From: Syntrophomonadaceae bacterium
Lineage (GTDB): Bacteria > Bacillota > Syntrophomonadia > Syntrophomonadales > Syntrophomonadaceae
Assembly: GCA_034927445.1 (NCBI GenBank)
Contig: JAYFPZ010000003.1
Location: forward strand, 128,974 to 152,973
Direction of reading: 5' to 3'
DNA: 24,000 nt
The position numbers and the translations under genes were made by a program. Positions 22,760-24,000 of the stretch are shown here, piece after piece. Every line of letters begins with the position of its first letter. Within the stretch, counting starts at the first letter, position 1. The notes under the pieces were generated by a model that saw nothing but the letters and a program-made list of their open reading frames with translations, was not told the origin of the DNA and searched no databases.

Positions 22760-22790
22760 AATCAGAACCGCAACAAAGGGAGAAAAAATT

Positions 22791-23285
22791 ATGTTTAAAG
22801 TAAATGATTATGTCGTCTATGGCTTAAAAGGAGTATGCCAGATTGTCTCTATCGGGAGAGACAATTTCAACAAAAATGATGAAACCAACTATTATTTCTT
22901 AAATCCGGTATCGAACGATAAAATGACGGTTATGGTCCCGGTAAACAATCCTAATATTATGATGAGACTTGTCATCACCAAAGAGGATGTTTTATCATTG
23001 ATCACAATGATGCCAGACCTTACCACCGCTTGGATTGATGATGATAAACAAAGAAATATTCATTTTAAAGCTACTCTTAAAACAGCAAATCCCAAAGAAT
23101 ACGTTAAAATTATTAAAGCTATATATCTCAAGAAAGAAGCAAGATCTGACATAGGCAAAACTCTCCCTAAAATGGACGAAGAAATACTACATACCGCAGA
23201 AATGCACTTATATCAGGAGTTTGCATTAGCTTTAAACATTTCACCCGAGGAAGTTGTTCCATATATTTTGAAGCATATTCCATAG
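22791..23285 (+). CDS. CarD/CdnL/TRCF-domain family transcription factor paralog
   Basis: MFKVNDYVVYGLKGVCQIVSIG...NYYFLNPVSNDKMTVMVPV parallels the RNAP-interacting Tudor-like domain of CarD/CdnL/YdeB (MF.vGD.VVYP.HG.G.I..I......YY.l......m.vmvP). It is 164 aa. ATG 22791 lies 8 nt after AAGGGAG. Confidence 0.8.
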   Translation: MFKVNDYVVYGLKGVCQIVSIGRDNFNKNDETNYYFLNPVSNDKMTVMVPVNNPNIMMRLVITKEDVLSLITMMPDLTTAWIDDDKQRNIHFKATLKTANPKEYVKIIKAIYLKKEARSDIGKTLPKMDEEILHTAEMHLYQEFALALNISPEEVVPYILKHIP

Positions 23286-23444
23286 GAAACAGGCAAGACC
23301 TTCCTTGGCTGCATCCCTGGCTTCATGTCGTTTAAAATTACCCGTTGGAATCAAATCATCGTGGTTGCAATTACTATATACTCAATTTAACAACCCCTTT
23401 TTATCAAATAAGCCTCCGACGCTTGCTCCCCTCAAAATTTGTCA

Positions 23445-23472
23445 TTGCTTGGTCACATTGGAGTGTTATAAT
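23445..23472 (+). promoter_or_regulatory. Candidate sigma-A promoter with extended -10 for the ferredoxin-nitroreductase gene
   Basis: TTGCTT (23445-23450), a 16-nt spacer, then TGtTATAAT (-10 at 23467-23472), 75 nt upstream of ATG 23548. Confidence 0.5.
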
Positions 23473-23547
23473 GTGGGGGACTCTTAATCCGCCAGTGATT
23501 AAAGCTTATAGATAGTCTCGCATTATGATTATAAGAGGAGGAAATCA

Positions 23548-24000
23548 ATGACTTTCTTGACAGTTGATCAGGATAAATGCAAACATGACGGTATTTGCGC
23601 CGCGGAGTGCCCCTCAAAAGTTATTGTATTCAGGCGGGATGATGCATTCCCCATCTCGGCCAAAGGAGCCGAAAGGTACTGCATTAAATGCGGTCATTGC
23701 ATGGCTGTCTGCCCTGCCGGCGCCATAACCGTAAGTACCTTGAATACCAAAAATTTTGTCCCGGTCAATCAGGCTTTGCTGCCCGGAACTGAACAGGTTG
23801 AGCATTTCTTAAAAGCACGGCGCTCAATTCGCACTTTTAAAGATAAAACCATTCATCATACCATCCTGGAAAAACTCCTTAGTATCGCTGCCTACGCCCC
23901 CTCCGGCCATAATAAGCAGCCGGTTAACTGGCTGGTTATTGAAGATAAAAACAGGGTAAAAAGCATTGCCGGATTCGTTATAGAATGGATGCGTTATATG
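23548..24000 (+). CDS. 2x[4Fe-4S] ferredoxin domain fused to a nitroreductase-family domain (3' end runs off the window)
   Basis: Absent from the ORF track because it has no in-window stop. AGGAGG lies 7 nt before ATG 23548. The translation is MTFLTVDQDKCKHDGICAAECP...YCIKCGHCMAVCPAGAI (two Cys cluster motifs), then FLKARRSIRTFKD...APSGHNKQP (nitroreductase signature). The frame is open to 24000. Confidence 0.85.
   Translation, partial: MTFLTVDQDKCKHDGICAAECPSKVIVFRRDDAFPISAKGAERYCIKCGHCMAVCPAGAITVSTLNTKNFVPVNQALLPGTEQVEHFLKARRSIRTFKDKTIHHTILEKLLSIAAYAPSGHNKQPVNWLVIEDKNRVKSIAGFVIEWMRYM

Noticed and set aside
23305-23487. 60-aa plus-strand ORF in the carD-nitroreductase spacer, and the 63-aa minus ORF 23614..23805
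   Set aside because: The first spans the predicted promoter, has no SD and has no recognisable motif. The second is antisense to the ferredoxin-nitroreductase CDS.
1-24000. Search by eye for CRISPR arrays, tRNA/rRNA genes, tandem repeats and obvious defence genes
   Set aside because: I saw no regularly spaced direct repeats, no cloverleaf-like or rRNA-like segments, and no nuclease, helicase or methylase-type accessory ORFs. A covariance-model scan (tRNAscan-SE, Rfam) would be needed to exclude small RNAs formally.

Overview
This window is mostly conserved core chromosome of an endospore-forming anaerobic Firmicute. A Clostridia / Peptococcaceae-like origin is an inference from gene content only. 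Nearly everything from 7.9 to 21.9 kb lies on the minus strand, in the classic Bacillus/Clostridium order. That order is the complete spoIIIAA-AH operon, a two-subunit biotin carboxylase pair (pycB-like plus accC), the asp23/amaP/DUF2273 envelope-stress trio, then nusB, folD, xseA, xseB and ispA. The left end carries a Tat-exported [NiFe]-hydrogenase small subunit that runs off the window. It also carries a DsrE-like protein plus class-V aminotransferase pair and a GapN-like aldehyde dehydrogenase. The right end carries a ferredoxin-nitroreductase fusion that also runs off the window. Two visibly AT-rich accessory patches interrupt this core. (1) At about 4.8-7.3 kb there is a LanFEG-like ABC module (ATPase plus two ABC-2 permeases). 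It is translationally coupled to a relic in which the 5' stub of a Y1/IS200-like transposase gene abuts, out of frame, the SPASM tail of a radical-SAM maturase. (2) At about 22.05-23.3 kb there is a MarR-family regulator plus a CarD/CdnL-family paralog. Upstream of them sit a consensus promoter embedded in a perfect 40-bp AT palindrome and a roughly 200-nt hairpin-rich leader. Other unexplained structure includes a 219-bp element with about 24-bp imperfect terminal inverted repeats between accC and asp23. There is also a perfect 12-bp hairpin burying the amaP Shine-Dalgarno, and a 16-nt exact GC-rich motif on both sides of the spoIIIA operon. No rRNA, tRNA or CRISPR array was seen. I do not see a clear-cut novel multi-gene system such as a defence island, and the candidates listed are modest and need database or experimental checks.
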